From Phoronis australis (lineage: Eukaryota; Animalia; Phoronida), in assembly GCA_002633005.1 (NCBI GenBank), contig NMRA01000680.1:11913-75912 (forward strand): DNA of 64,000 nt, given 5' to 3'. The notes beneath the pieces are model-generated. The model was given only the letters and a program-made list of their open reading frames with translations. It was not told where the DNA came from and searched no databases. Below, in pieces: positions 42,901 to 57,900 of this stretch. The position numbers and the translations under genes were made by a program. Within the stretch, counting starts at the first letter, position 1. The number at the start of each line of letters is the position of its first letter.

Positions 42901-45900
42901 ACCAAACAGAAGACTAATTAACGAACCAGTCAGTCATCAAACAAGTTATATAAAACGTTATGTTCTCACGCCTTGTTTTTAATTGTAATTGTTTATGTTT
43001 TCATGACCAACTACAATTCTCCATAATTAAAAACTGATCAACAACCGATTCGACGAAGTGCAGGCCACTGGCAGACACTGAGAATTTTCACGGTCTCATA
43101 CTTGGTCTTAGCGGTGTACTTTTCAATCTTTACTACCACGAGCCACTTCGATCCAAAGCATCATGGTCTCTCGAGGAAATCGAAAAAACGATATACCCGT
43201 TTTCCTCGCAGCTTCACATTTCGCACAAACGGACACAATGCATCACACCATAGCGACATTCACTGTGCCGAGGATCACTGACTTCGCCGCGTCGTTTCTC
43301 ACCTTCCCCAAAGGTTAACGCGACACCTCTAAGCGAGCTGAAGCGGATATAGACCGATAAGACGGTAAAATGACTAATTAGATCGGGTGGCATTCTCATA
43401 ACGGCCTAGACGCCATTGTTTTCTCAAAAGTTCAAATTGTCTTCCTTAACTGCATTTAAGATACTCAATTCTGTTTTGAGGGTTTCAAGACACATTGACC
43501 GTAGTCATGCTATGAATTATCTGCCTTACATGCATTTATACGCAGATTATCTTACAAAAAAAGATGTACAGATCTTGATTTTTGCAGTCAGGTGACAATG
43601 CACACATCCTGAATGGAACAAACCTTTTGAAGTTTGTTAACTTTCCTTCTTTGCCGTCCTTTGAACAACAAAAATAACATGCAGAGAGTGTGCTAAAAAG
43701 CATGGAAAACGACCTCTTTACATATATATCAATTATTTTCTTAAGTCGTAGAGGGGACCCCCAGCGCCCGATCTCCCCGCTTCTGCGATTCAAGCCACAG
43801 AAACGCGCTTAGCACGACTCGATCATTTTCACCAATTTGGACCCCTCTAGATGAGTCCCTAGACCTCGGGCAATATTGTTCTTCCTCGGTCCATATGACC
43901 TGATTCCTGATATTGCCCTTGGTAACGGTCTATATTTTTATAGTAATCAAGACTATGTAGAGTGGACTACCTACATTCACTGGGACAGTACACTTGACAC
44001 GTCTTTTCATCGGTTCTACTTCCTACGCATCCCTCGCCGCCTCCGTAGGGTTGCCCGCACTGTCGCTCCCGCATCATGACTCCCGCTTCCCCGCAACTTA
44101 CAGAGCACTTAGAATCCTGCCACTCGCCCCAGGCATCCTCTGAAGAAGACAGTTGCGTCATCAGGCGCCACATTATCGAGTTAGAGCCTAAAAGAACAAA
44201 TCTCTCTTTCTCTCAATTTGATCTTTCATGTGAGCAACCAAAAGTTAGAAAAAATGTCAAAGCATTTTTCCACGCTTGCTATTTCTTTACTGTCACTTAA
44301 GGGGCGTTATAGTTTTTTACTAGCGAAGAGCTGTTATTTGGAAATATTGTTGAATGTGCTTTTTAAGTGCCACTGACCATACTGCAAGAGCTATAAAGCA
44401 ATAAAATTCGCCAAATCTCGCTGTTGTCTGCCAGACATTTTTTTTGAAAGCAAGACCGGTGACTTGGTTGAATACGATTAAGATATCTAAAGCTGAGGTT
44501 CTAGCGCAGACAGCATGGAGTTAAGTTGCAATGCGAGGTATTTAGACACGATTGCTAGCTGTGTTTGATTTCAGAAAATTTAAAGTTTTTATCACCGATA
44601 ATGACACTATCACTGGCACTGTCGCATGTGACGGAATATGTGTTTCTAAGATTAATCCCACAGGCACGCACAAGTATTCACACACAATTACACGCGCGCA
44701 CGCGCGTTTCGAGATTGGTCGTCATATTTGAGAGTTATTATTTAGGAAGATTTCCAAATGGAATGATACTCTAAATTTCAGAAACCGTGAATGAGAAAAG
44801 TTTGATAGCAAATGGTCTTATACTTCCGTCGAAATGAACTAACAGGTAACTGTGATTATTGTCACAACACTCAAAGAGTTAGATAGCTATACGCAGGAAG
44901 AGGTACATACATGTACAAGCAATACATATCGCCTTGATCAGCGTCCCGCTCAAGAGACGTCTAAAACAGTAAACAGAACGCTGTTTGTTTGTTAAAAGGA
45001 TACCAAACTCTGTTTTATGATTTCATCCAACTCTCGTTCTGTCACATGATAATGTATCATTGTCGTCAATCTTCTAAGTTAAAGACAAGAATCTACTAAA
45101 AACTCACAATCCCCATGTCATAGATTGCACATTATGATCATTAGTGGGTGGCCTTTTCGCTGAGTTGCCCTGTAACTCGATAAAAGCGTAGGCTACGCTT
45201 GCCCGCTGAGCAGACTTTGGAAGAAGTTTTCAAATTTTCCTCCAAACTTTGGAGGGTTGTCAAGGGTTACGGAGCATCATTTTGTTTCAGAAACCAGGAT
45301 GGGAAAGTTGTTTTTAGTATCTGTTAATAAACCACAACCGGATTTGTACCCTTTTAATATTTGATGGAAAAAGTCGTTTGCTCGTTGCGCCTACCTCGGC
45401 TCTGTTTTATAAAATGCGACTTTAGGCGAATTCAGAAACGTCGCCTATAAATTTTAAATTTATAATTACAAAACTTAATTTGATGTGTCATCAGGAAAAT
45501 GTGAAGGCTCTGTAGTTACTAGTTATTGAATAATTTGTATTTAGATTAATGCTACACTGGGATAAGCTAACAACTTAAGGCAGAGTTATTTCGTAACAAC
45601 AGGAGCGAGAAAATGAGGTAAGCCTAGTCACTTTTCAGGATAAGGGCTGGGGGGGGGGTGTGGCACGGATATACATGTACATGTATACGATAAACATAGT
45701 GGCAATAATTATACTGGAGTAAGGAGGAATTAAGCCGATTAAAGACTCCCCTTTGTGTATGCTTGGTTTTACCTGCGCAAGTCCTGATACCACAGTCCTT
45801 TAGTTGATGAGACGCGACTGCGCAAACAACAAAAATACCATCTATATTTGGCATCAGGGCATTGGGTTTAGTTCCTTGCACTTTCCTGCAGCTGTTGCCG

Positions 45901-48900
45901 TCATCTTTGTGGAAAGGATATCCGCTTTCTGTCCAACTCATACAGCTACGCGTGGTCTTGCCGTCGACTACTTTATTCCAGTCACCCGTGTATGTTCCAG
46001 ACTTCGGTATGCAGTTAACGTTTGGCTCTGTCAAAAGAGTGCACGCCCATGTCTTATTATGCATAACTGATTGCGTAGTGAAATCGACACTCGGCAAGTT
46101 CACCGAATGTCTAAGGGGCCGAAACATTAGAGCGTACAGGACGAACCTGTTTAGTTTCATCTGAAAAAACTTGCATGGAGATTCTCAAATAACAATGATA
46201 ATTTCGTGCACATGGTCAGACGCCAATGTAATTGAAACTCGGAGACACTGAATGGAGACAAACTTGTCACAAACTCCAGTTGTTCCCTTTAGATTATTTT
46301 AGGACTCTCGTTCTTTGGGCAAGGCCCCATAAAAAGCACCGATTCAAGGCACCCTCTGTGCCACTTCTGCTTCCACAGCTTGATCTCCTAAACCCTTTGC
46401 AACTCGTGTGAAACGTGACACTTATGGTCCTAGGAATGCATCAACAGCTTAAGGAGAGCTCTTTCTGATAGATGCGACTACCAATGTATATCGTTGGGGC
46501 AGTTTTAATTTTTGATTTTGCTTCTGTACATTTGGAAGTTAGAGGGATGGGTATACGACCCCTCTCCGTCTGCGGACAGGTTTTATACATTCTACCCAAT
46601 CGGTGGACGTTTTGATAGTTTACAAAAATGCCCCTACAAGTGTACGTTTGCATTGCAGTTGCTATGAGTTCTTCAATGCTCTTGTTACTATGTTTGGTCA
46701 ATGTCGAAAGAAATATATATTTACAGTGTTTTCCACTGAGGACATAATCATGCGTGTGGATCAGCCTTAATTTGGGAGAGACCTCCCTTGGACTATACCA
46801 GATTTAAAAAATACATTAAGGTTGTCTTTTGAACAAAGGCAGGCCACTTCTTGCAAAATACGTTGCACATGCTTGTTCTGTTATGTACATTTGTGGGATA
46901 AAATAATCCTGTGTGTTTGACCTTGCAAGTATCAAACTACACCTATCATTCAGACTGATATAAGAATCGAGTATTTTCATCAAGAAATTCATGAGTTATA
47001 CTTGCATGTAATTAGAACTTACTTGTTCGTTTAAAGGAGGCACTCCACACAGCTACCTTGTGGACTGGGGAAGTGGTGTTAGAAAAGTGTAGTAGCAAAA
47101 GTAAAGTGATTATAATCACATGGAACCGGAAATGGCATACAATGCCATTGAATCACACTTAACTCCCACTAAAAGAAATTGTGACATATCTGGTAGTTTA
47201 ATTCCACCATCAGTCAGCCTTGGCGACGTGTTACAATGTGCTGGATAAAGCATGGTCGCCCCCCCCAGTCCCCCTGTGGTGCACTGCCCATAGACCAAAG
47301 GCGGCGCAGCACTGAAAAAGAAGGGGGGAGGCAATTTCCCCCCAGCCCCCTACGGTGTGCCGCCCAACTTAGTCAGTACAAAAAGCGGCATTACCAACAA
47401 ACCCTGGGCATACGCAAATCATTCGAAAAGTTGGAAACAATGAGGACAAGATTGAATGTTTGCAAACTCATGAACATTTTGCAAAACTTTCGTCGATGGA
47501 CAAGTACTGCCAGTAACTTCAGCAAATGTACTGTATGTGAAATTTTCAATGCCTCGTGTACACGCCAAGAACATCTATTGGACCTCACTCGGCAAACATC
47601 AGACCCGATTGATTTTGAAGAGAGAAAATTAGATCAAAGTTCAGTTTTTGTCTTGCGATTTGTTGCCACAGGTTTATTTCCGCTTACTAATAGTACTGGT
47701 TCACGCTGGCCCAGATTAATAATTTACACTTGTGATTGTTAGATTGATTTCACCAAGCAAAGCAGCGTAGCAGTTGTAAAGAATTCTATTGGGCGGAGAA
47801 GTTTGTAGGACGTGTTGGGGACACGGTGCCTACTCTCCTTCACCTGGCTAAGCTAACTGCTTTATTAGAAAGCTCATAATCATTGCTGGTCGTAGTGAGT
47901 ACACTGGGTGGTGAGTCTTGTTCAACATGACTATAGTTGAGAATATCTAATTAGTTTTACCAAGGAGTGTAGTAGTATAGGAGAGTTCACTTGTGAGTTC
48001 GCTGTTACCGCTACTACTAGCGCCGCCAAGTGGTGAACAAGCTACGGTCAACCAGGAAGCGCCAAAGCAATGGGGACGGACGCATTTTGCAGTGCGATAA
48101 ATTGCATGAATTGATCCTTGAAAACCCCACACGGGTCATTTTGTAGGTTTCCTAAGGATCCAGAAAGGTAAGGATTATCTGTTATTCAATAATATGATAC
48201 ATTGTCTTTCATTTTGTGTGTTCTGTTCACGGTTGTTAGACAAGTCGATCGCAGTCCCGGTGCCCGGCACTGTCTGCAGTGTAGGCTAGACCTACTGGGC
48301 AGCCGGCGGAAGACGACTATGATTAACGTACGATGTGATCGTCAGCTTTTTGGATACTTGCAGTCCATGTATTCCAAATCAAAATGTCACTCTAACGATC
48401 GCAGGGATAATTTTAGGAAAACATTCCCATGGCCATGGGTGAATATGAATCGTGGTGACACGGCCATGGCACAATCACAGCCACAGGCCACAGGGCCTTT
48501 TAAGTCTTTCATTAGTCAAGTCAGAGAATCTGTGGGTCTCGGTGAAAAGTTGTGCAGCCCTTAAAATATCCGTGGATCGACATTTGAGTCCTAGTTTTTT
48601 TAGTTGACACCAAGACGCTTTTGTCTCTATCACAATCACAGTACGACAGGACTTCTGTAGTGTAGTTTAGTGTAGGCTACCAGTCTCTGTGAACCTGGTG
48701 AGTATGAGGTTTGTTCCTGAGTCTCTCATTGATTTCTGTTCAGGTGCAAGCACTGGGAGCCGACCTAATGAATAGAGTGCATCCTACTTGTCCAAGAACT
48801 GCAGCTTATGCTCTCATCACTTCGAGGAGTCCATGTTGATGAATGAAGAACAAGCTGGTATTGAATGCAGTGCCCGAGCAGTATTTGATGTCCCCAGTCC

Positions 48901-51900
48901 ACCAAAAATGAAGACGTCAAAAAGTTCTACGGAAATTATGTTACAGCTGTGGAATAGGCTTTTTGCATTTCTGATTATCGTCTCACAAAGCAAGTACTGG
49001 AACATCACGTGTAGAAAGGACAATTAGTCAAAATCTGGTTTTCGTATTTTACTAAGGTTGATCAGATTGAAACATTTTATGAATGGTTAGCCTGTGATTT
49101 GAAGAGAGCCAAAGTGAAACTGATGGGTCTTTTAGAGTCTGAATGGTGGGCTGACATTTTGTTAAACCCAAGCTATCCATATCATTTTGCTTCTCAATGA
49201 CACTGAAACACCTCTGTGAGTAAATTAGTTATCAGCTTCAACGCATTTCGTTGGCAAAAAGAGCTGTTGTTTACTAGTGAATAGAGAGTGAGAAGGTTGG
49301 TTAGATTTTCTTGTTGTATTGGTGTATGTGTTGCCTATTTTGTACGTTTTTGGAGATTGTGATTAATTTAAGCTCCAGTTGTGGCTAAGTAACAAATATG
49401 ATCTTGTGGTCTAGCTTTAGCTTACCTGAAATATTTACTGTTATTGATAATATGAACAGTGGGTATAGAAAATAAAAATTTTAGTTTTATCATCCATTAA
49501 AAGTCTTTTTAATTCAGTTTTGTATGAAGTTGTGTGGCTAGTGAATATTTTGATTGCTGTTCAGCACCTCTTAACTTTTTTGTCATGACATTTTGAGCTT
49601 GGACTGGTTATGGTGGGGATATACTCAATGTGGGGGGGGGCTCGAATTCCCGACGATGTAGACCTTTTGCTAACAAGTGAGTGGGCGGACTAAAAAAAAA
49701 AAAACGGGGACCACCACTGTGAATTGCGCGTTTCCGTTTCTTTAGTGGACTTTTGTCCCATTTTCTCGGACTTTTTGTCTCGTTCAAGCCCCCCGAGCCC
49801 CCTGGGTGCGCGCGTGGGAGAGTGCAATCGAGTTTACCCTATGCTGGAATGTCTAAGAAATAATGGGATGTTCTAAAATTATATTACGATTTTGTGGTAG
49901 TGATGAATTGCTTTCTTCTTCTTACATGTGTAACACCCACTACACCAAACAATTATTCACATTGTTAGTATCCTGGTGCATTGAATAAGGAACACATGCG
50001 AAATTGGGTGGAGGTGAAACCAGCAGTGAGCTGGGAGCAACATGTTTGTCAATGGTCAGGGGAGCAACCAAAATTTATGACAATGGGAATGGCTCAACAC
50101 CCATGTGGCATACCCCATTGGTTTTTACCTGTTTAGCACTCCTCCCATGTAACCCCCCTGGGAGATGGTCAACACCCATTTGGCGCCCACATGGTTTTTG
50201 CCTTGTACCCCCTTAGCTGTCACCTGTGGGGAATTACCCTCTGAACCCCCAGGAGCAAACATTCAAATTTTATTGTCCATGGAGGTATGAACTGTTATAA
50301 GGAAAGATAATTTGCCTTGTTAAGAACTCAAACATGAAACAAAACCGTGATAGATTTTGAAGGGAGCTTCAAAAGAATAAAAACAAATACACTTTAATAT
50401 TGATTAAAATACACATTTTCATTCTCATTCGATTATAAGTGGATGTTAGTTTACGTATTCTAACCATTTTCAATCACACAGTAATTTTATTGCACGTTGA
50501 ACGTCATTAAAGTATGAATTCATCAGTGTTTATATTGTTCGGACTGCGCTCCTAAGTAAGTATTGATTATTCACCGCTTGGAGCGCTAGTGTTTCGACCG
50601 GTAACCATTGCGGCGAATGGTAAAATGGCGGAGTGAACTCTCCTATACTCGTACACTCCTTGGTTTTACTTTATTCTTTCCAGTTATGAGAGTACTGAGC
50701 ACCTATACATGCCCATGCAAATTGATCTCTCTTACTCCATTAAGTTTTAAAATAACGAATAGGGGTCCTAAACTGAATCTTATTCAGTTATTGATTGCCA
50801 CTTTTGCTCTGTATTTCCATATTAGACTATGCAGGTCAGGAGAAAACAGTCACTTGCACCCTGCATGGTCTAAGCACATTACTCGAACCAACAACCTCAG
50901 AACATTAGCCAACCTAATGTAAGCCTGGATTTTCGTCAATATTAATGCTACATTATAAACCTCTTATGTTGCTGTCAGGTTAGCATGATCCTATCTCAGC
51001 TATAATTTTTACCTACGGGTAAATCAAAGTTGTTTTAAGCGCAAAGGTATGACAAATTGGCTTAAAGCACATTCTTAAATATTGTGATTGTTTCAGGTAA
51101 AACGAGTCAAATTGTAGTGTTCAAACCCTTCTTCGTCAAATGTACTTTCAGAACGAACGGTTTAGACGAACCCCTATAAAACTTCGGGGGGGGGGGTCCC
51201 AAACTGGTCATGAACGTAGATTCCCTGAAGAAACCTTGATGTATTGTTCCATTTAATTTCCTTAATATCTCACGAAGTGACATTTCACATTTTGCAATCC
51301 TAAGCAGAGAAAGTTTCCACTACGTTTCGCTTTGAGTATTTAAACTTGCCTCGTTTAAAGCAGGTTCAATTTGTATTCAGAAATTCATCCAGGATTTCGA
51401 ATATAAGGTGTCCAAATTGGGGTTCCCAATATTTCAGGGTGTCCGTTATTCCAACGACGCATTGCCCCCACTACGTTCACCAGCAACGCTCCCACACAGT
51501 GACTTTTACACAAAAGTACGTAGGCCATAGTGTTTTCATCTGAGTTTTCAAAATAACCCCCTGTAGCGAGTTTTTTTCCTTAAAATGCTTAGACCTAAAC
51601 TTTTACGTCTAAATATACGAAAACAGCCAAGTAACTTAGCACACCGATGTTAGAAACATTATTTGAACGACGAGTCCACTTCGCAGTTGATGTGCGGTTC
51701 ATATTTTGACAACTGGTGTCACTGCTGTTCTATATTGAAACAATAAAATGCACATTGAAAAGCATGAAACAGTATTCAGTTTCAGTTCTTTATAAATATT
51801 AGTTTTGTGTAAGCCCTACTTCAAACATAGTTGCACGTTTCACTCTAATTTATAAGTGCTTTGGATGATGTCCGAAGAACATTTGTAAAGTAACAAATTT

Positions 51901-54900
51901 GCACGTGAAACATTTCAACAGGCTTACGACTGTAGTATTACTGCAATCTAACTGGTTGGTGGCGGAAATTCCGTATATCATTTTTGCGTGGGAAGCAATC
52001 ACGGTTTCCAAAGACCTTATTTTGATTGCCCTGAAACAATTTATTATTATGCCCGTAATACCGTATTCCAGGTTTGGCTATTCAAACTCATAGGCGTATT
52101 AAATCAAATCTTCTCAGCCAGGACCACAAACCTTCTGTTACGCTGTGTTTACTTATAAATGACCAAGAACAGGCTTCACAAAGAACTACTGCCACTGCAT
52201 ATGCATCTCAAAAGGTCTGTTGTGTGCGCACAGCACACCCATTATTTACAACCATCAACACCCATGACTTAGATGTACAACCATCAGCATAATTGTAAGC
52301 CAGTATTTTACCTGGTTACTCCTTCCAAGTCCATTATGGAACCTACATTTAAACCCCCTCGTCTCCCCTAAATTGGCCTTTCTATTATTTTATCTGTCGA
52401 TTCAAGGTCACGGGTTCAGATTTACAGGTCTGTGTTTTCAGTATAGAGGCCTCAGAATGAACTTTAAAACCCCAGAAGACCCAGATGTTAAAAAATCTAC
52501 CTTGTTTTGTAGAATGTTACAATTTATCAACAGTCGGGGCTGGTAGTAGAGAATGTCCCACGTTTATCTTGATATCTATTGGTGAAAATTACTACAAAAC
52601 AGCGTCAGACGAAATACCTTTTATTACAATTGCTCTAATTATCAACAGAAACTCTTCCAACTCTCCTTCTGTTCAATTTCCGATACTAAGTTTGTTAAAC
52701 CAGTAATATATACTTGTAAAGTTTAGTAGTTCCCATACAATTTCTGTAATGAAGTCAACACCATGTGTCCAAAGATCTCTTTGGTAGCCTGTATTGGCCA
52801 GTGATTCGCCCTGCTGTATCTAAACATCACACAATTTAGTTGTAAAAACTAAAGTTGACACAGAAGGAAATAGTTTTTTTTTTGTGCACGCATTTCCAGT
52901 ATACCATCAACACAGTACTTGCAACGGCTTCGTTTAGCAACTTTTATGGGTCAGCGAACAACGTCATTGTAGCTAACGTCACGTAGAACAACTGTTTTTC
53001 TTGCCATCTTTGCTAGTGCAGGTTTTGGCGACTTCACCTTATCTAATGATGGCCGGCCTCACTTGGGAGCTTTGCACACTGATGTCACAATCTTGGCCTG
53101 AAAATGCTCAGCTTCATGAGATCACCTTTGGGCTTTGGACTACTGCGCTTTTGTTAAAAGCATTTAGCATTAACCTGGAATTAACCCTACCTAGGCTCAG
53201 ACAGAAGACTAAGCGCAAGTGTTGGCATGGTGATCACAGAGCCCAGTGTTGCAATTACGCAACATAGCTTTTCAGGACAAGCACACTCAGATAAAAAACA
53301 TTATTCACGATAAGGTTTTACATCAGAAAATAACAAATGCCAAAGAATCTTACATTGGTCAAACAGTATGCAGCCTTTCCCGTCGGTTATCTATGGATCT
53401 TCAAAATGGCGCAAAACAAAATTATTTTCTGGAATGTCACGAACGTAAAATCGCCCATCCAGAAAATAAGGAAAACATATCAATTCGGTACAACGACGAA
53501 AGTAAATTAAAACAAAAATAAAACGAAATAACGCGGTTGGAGAAGTCGGCGGTCTATTTAGGGTTGACTTCTCAAAGAACTATCCAATCTTATGCAGCCA
53601 GTGTTGCTGATGTTACTACAGTTGTCACAACTTCACATTTCTGTACAGTTTTACTCAGCATTGCAGCACACACAAACTCAGTTTCCCTGCACACACGTTC
53701 TTTTTGCACTTGCAGCATACATCATTTAGTACTGTCAATGGAGTTGTGGGCATTGCCATCCATTTTAACTGTAAAGCTCCACCGCCAAGGAACCAAATAG
53801 GGCTGATTATAGAGGGCACAGTACTGCACACTAGTGTTGGCACGCGTGCAATGAAGGGTAAAACACTGAGTCCTTGTTTAGAGGCAGGTGGGATTTAGGC
53901 AAATGTTCGATTCAAAACATGTCCTAAAGGGCTGTGTTCATTAGTGCGTCAGCAAGTGAATTATTGAATACTAGCCTCCGTTCACTGTCGTCTCCCTTAT
54001 TTGCGCACAACTGCAACAGTGAGTAGCTTCAGAAGTAATTTCTTAAGATTGCTTGTCCAAATAACTTCAAGCACACTAGCTTTCTGAAGAGCAACTTCGC
54101 AATTTTTGAAGTTGAGTTGTGGTATGGTTAATATCCACACAGTGATGGTATTAGTAAAAATTTGTCATGGCAAACTTGCATAGTACGGTCTACAAGATTA
54201 TTCGTAAACAAGCTTACAACATCGAAGCCAACCATATACACTGTACATGTATGAACCTTTCAGCATACTAGCCTTCATGTCATTGACGAACTCAATTGAG
54301 GCTCTATGACAATAGTTGGAATGGCAAATACGAGTCAATATCGTAAGTAAAACTTATCAAGGCTGTAAGTGTAAGATCAAATACCGGATAATATGGTATT
54401 AAGGGAATACTGGGCTTATGTGTTTTTGATAAGACGTGTACTTTAGCAGGTTGTGAACCGGTAGGGAAAATAAAATTGTAAAAATCCTGATCAATGGCAT
54501 TGTTTCGAGTTGTAAACATAAGACTGTAGTCGGAATTTACGTTTAATAGTGGGATCATGACTCGGTTTACTCATTCTGGTCAGAAACAATGTCATTCATT
54601 CAGTCGCAGCAGTTAATATTTTAAACCACGTCTCCTTGCTTATCAGGCTTTTCGCAATCTCCAACAACATGGACATATAGACTAAACTTGTATGAGACAG
54701 TAGATATCGTCAGATGGTGGAGGTTCAAAAGTTTTTATAACTTCCTGAGTACCGGAAGATTAGAAGTCTTTCACTCACGAAGAATCCCATGCCGGAGGAT
54801 CTTTTGAGTCTTAATCAAGTACTTACTGCAACGGGCTCAACAATGTGACCTAATCAGGCGTGGTGAACCGCTGAGGGCACCAGGAACCATGTCTACTGAT

Positions 54901-57900
54901 TAACGGGGCAACCAAACCAGTATTAGTGAGGTAAAATTGTTTAAAATAAGTGCCGAAAACGCAGTTTAAAATGTTTATAGTGACAAAAATTGCGACTTCT
55001 TCAACAATGTTACAGACTGGGCCAAGCTGATGAAGTGATAAACAATTCATAATCACGGATAGTACTGTGGACATTTCCCGAAGTTAAAAAATGCAATACG
55101 ACTGATTACAAACGACAACGACCGGATCGAAAAGGACTATGGCTGTGAACACCGAGTTAGCATCAAGAACTTGTGTGCGCGGAAAGATTCTGATCAAGAA
55201 TGAAAGAATGTTGAGGATCCACCAATGCAAAATGAAGCGTTTACGTCAGGCTGTAAAGCAACGCTTCGGCGCAATGTCCAGTGATACGGGGGAGGAATTG
55301 AGTCAGATTTCACAATACAGTGCCGAAGACCTCTCAACAACGCAACAGACGGAGGCACTAGAAGTAGAAGATGACGTATTCCAGAATCAAGTCCAGGCCA
55401 GTTCAGCAGGGCCACCAGATACTGCGAAGAAAGATCGTATCGAGTGTACATCAGCAGTATATAAGAAGTCGTGGTCAGTTTTAGACGATGGCCTGGATTA
55501 AATCTTACAGTACAGCCACTGAATTTTTAGACTTTGTCCTGTCTACCTTACGCCTGGCCAGACCGGAGAGCAACCGGAACACAGGCGTGACAGAAATCAG
55601 TCACGGTCGCCTCACGCCTTCTCTCCGGGCAGTCCTCACGCTCACCTCCGGTTTAGTTAACGCCTTCCTCACGCCTCGTTCACGCTTTCTTCGCGCCTCC
55701 GTCACGCTTACCTCACGCTTTCTTCACGCCTTTGGTAGCTGTGGTAACCATGGTAAGGCACCGGGCTAATCAGTAAAAATACATGTAACGTCTTGATCTA
55801 TTTAGTCACCATATCCGGCAGGATGACAGACACATGATCACGAATAAGTTTATCGATGCATCATCACAGAAAGGTGGGCTAGTGTTTTTTCTGGATGCCG
55901 AGTAGATCATAGTCTCGTGATAAGTGAATTCATGCAGCGTGCTAAGAAGGGCAAGAAGAAACTGTCAATGGTGTGGCTTGATATGGAAAATGCGTGCGGT
56001 TCTGCAGAACATATGTTAGTTTATCGTGTCATGGACAGCTACCACATTCCAGGGAAAGTCATACTACAGCTCCTGCCTTATGCGTTACACGATCGTCAAC
56101 GTCAATACTGAGTGGCAGCACCTAGGGAAAGGAATTATGACGGATTGTACCGTTTCAGTCATCCTGTTTGTTATGAAAATGAACGTCTTGTTGAAGAGAG
56201 CTCAGTCTGAGTGGAAAGGTCCCAAGCTGGACGACGTCAGACAGACATCTTGTAGAGCATTTGTCGTTGACTTTACGATAGTGACAGAGCCGCGAGTGGG
56301 AGCCAGGACAATTATCCGTCGCCCAGAAAGAGCGCACCCAATGGGCTCGTATGACTTTCAGAGAAATCCAGATCACTTATTATCTGTACCGCAAGTCGAC
56401 GAAACTTGTCCTACCATCTGTGGTAGAGGAGTGCAATGCCACCAAAGTGTGATCCAGCATCACTCTCCGGAGTACATCTGACCAGACCATCAGTAGATGC
56501 AGCACCCAGTCAGGTACCGACAGATAGTGGTCCACCACGTCAACAATCAGCGAAGCAGAGAGTCGGCTGCGGTACAAGCAATTAATGGGCGCAGCTTGCC
56601 AGGGTCGACAAGGACTGGGCCACAAAACCAACAAGGAAGAGACCTAAAGATCCGGACAAAGTTAGATTGCCAGATTATGAAGAAAGGCTTGACATACCCG
56701 AGCACTCCAAATGGGTCAGCAGGAGGCATGGACAGTGTGGGACAAGGTTTTGCAAAGGCAAACCAAGTGGATTTGTGGAACATGTCTCCCCTGAAATCAA
56801 AGTTCTTTATCAGGTATTTATGATGTGCTGCCTCCACCCAGCATCCTTGCTACTTGGTGCTTTACTGACAATCGAGCTGTATCCTGTGTGGTGGCAGATG
56901 TACTTTAGAGCACCTTCTATCATCTTGCAGCGCATCTTTGGCCTTAAGAGAGGTACGCATGCCTACACAACTAGGTACTGAAAGTTTTCGCAAGGATGAT
57001 GGTTGAAGAAATCATGAACAAACCAAAGTCGAAAAACCACTGTAGCAAATTCATCAGCCTCAGAAGAAGTACAGATGAGGAAAGCACGGAAAAGACCTGA
57101 GCGCAGACAGGCATTCTGAACACAGCCAACGACTGGAAAGTTGTGGCTGATGTTGTCGGTCACCGGACATCCTTCCCACAGCACATCATCCAGACTACCC
57201 AGCGCCCTGATTTGGTCGTTTACCCGGACAGTGCCCAACAGGTCATCTTCATCGAGCTCAACATTTCGTGGGATAGTAACATTGATTAGACACATGAGCG
57301 GAAAAACTTAAAGTATGTACACGTGAAGAACGACAGCCACGCGAACGGATGGAGATGTCGGGGTTTTTCAGTGGAGGTTGGTTGCCGGGGTTTTCCGGAT
57401 AGCTCGGTCACTACCATGTCCAGCTCTCTACGCGTCTCAATTTCAGAAAAGAAGGTTCTCCTACGCAATGTGGCGACCGAAGCTGAAGAGGCATCTTTTT
57501 GGATTTGGTTGAAGAACCAGCAGCAAATCCATCAAGAACTGTCAGACAGAGCCTAATCAACTCTATTTTGTTGCCTACTTGAGATGGTCTTTGTTAACGG
57601 ACGAAGCCATTAAGGACAGCAGGGGACCAACTGAAGATTACGGTTGAGCTCAGTACCGAAATGAAACCTGGACTTGCTCGTCTCCCATAGATGTGAATGT
57701 CAAGTGTTTGGTTATATGTTTTCCGTGGGTTATCATCCAATATGATAAAGTTCAGTAAGTCAACGTCATCTACCCACACCGCTAGACTTCAACAGGTCAA
57801 AGTCTGGGGTGTTCTTGATGACCAAAGCGCCACCGCTTATCTGGGCGTGGGTGCAGCGAAACAAAAATAGTGAGTTTCGGCTACATGTTAAACGCAAACG

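Noticed and set aside
52715-52820. AG/GT-bounded open segment in intron 2
   Set aside because: Open only in phase 0, incompatible with the phase-1 chain, and no domain motif.
55600-55735. CRISPR-like array of ctcacgcct motifs (also 59111-59170)
   Set aside because: Short degenerate or head-to-tail repeats without unique spacers, no cas genes, eukaryotic context.
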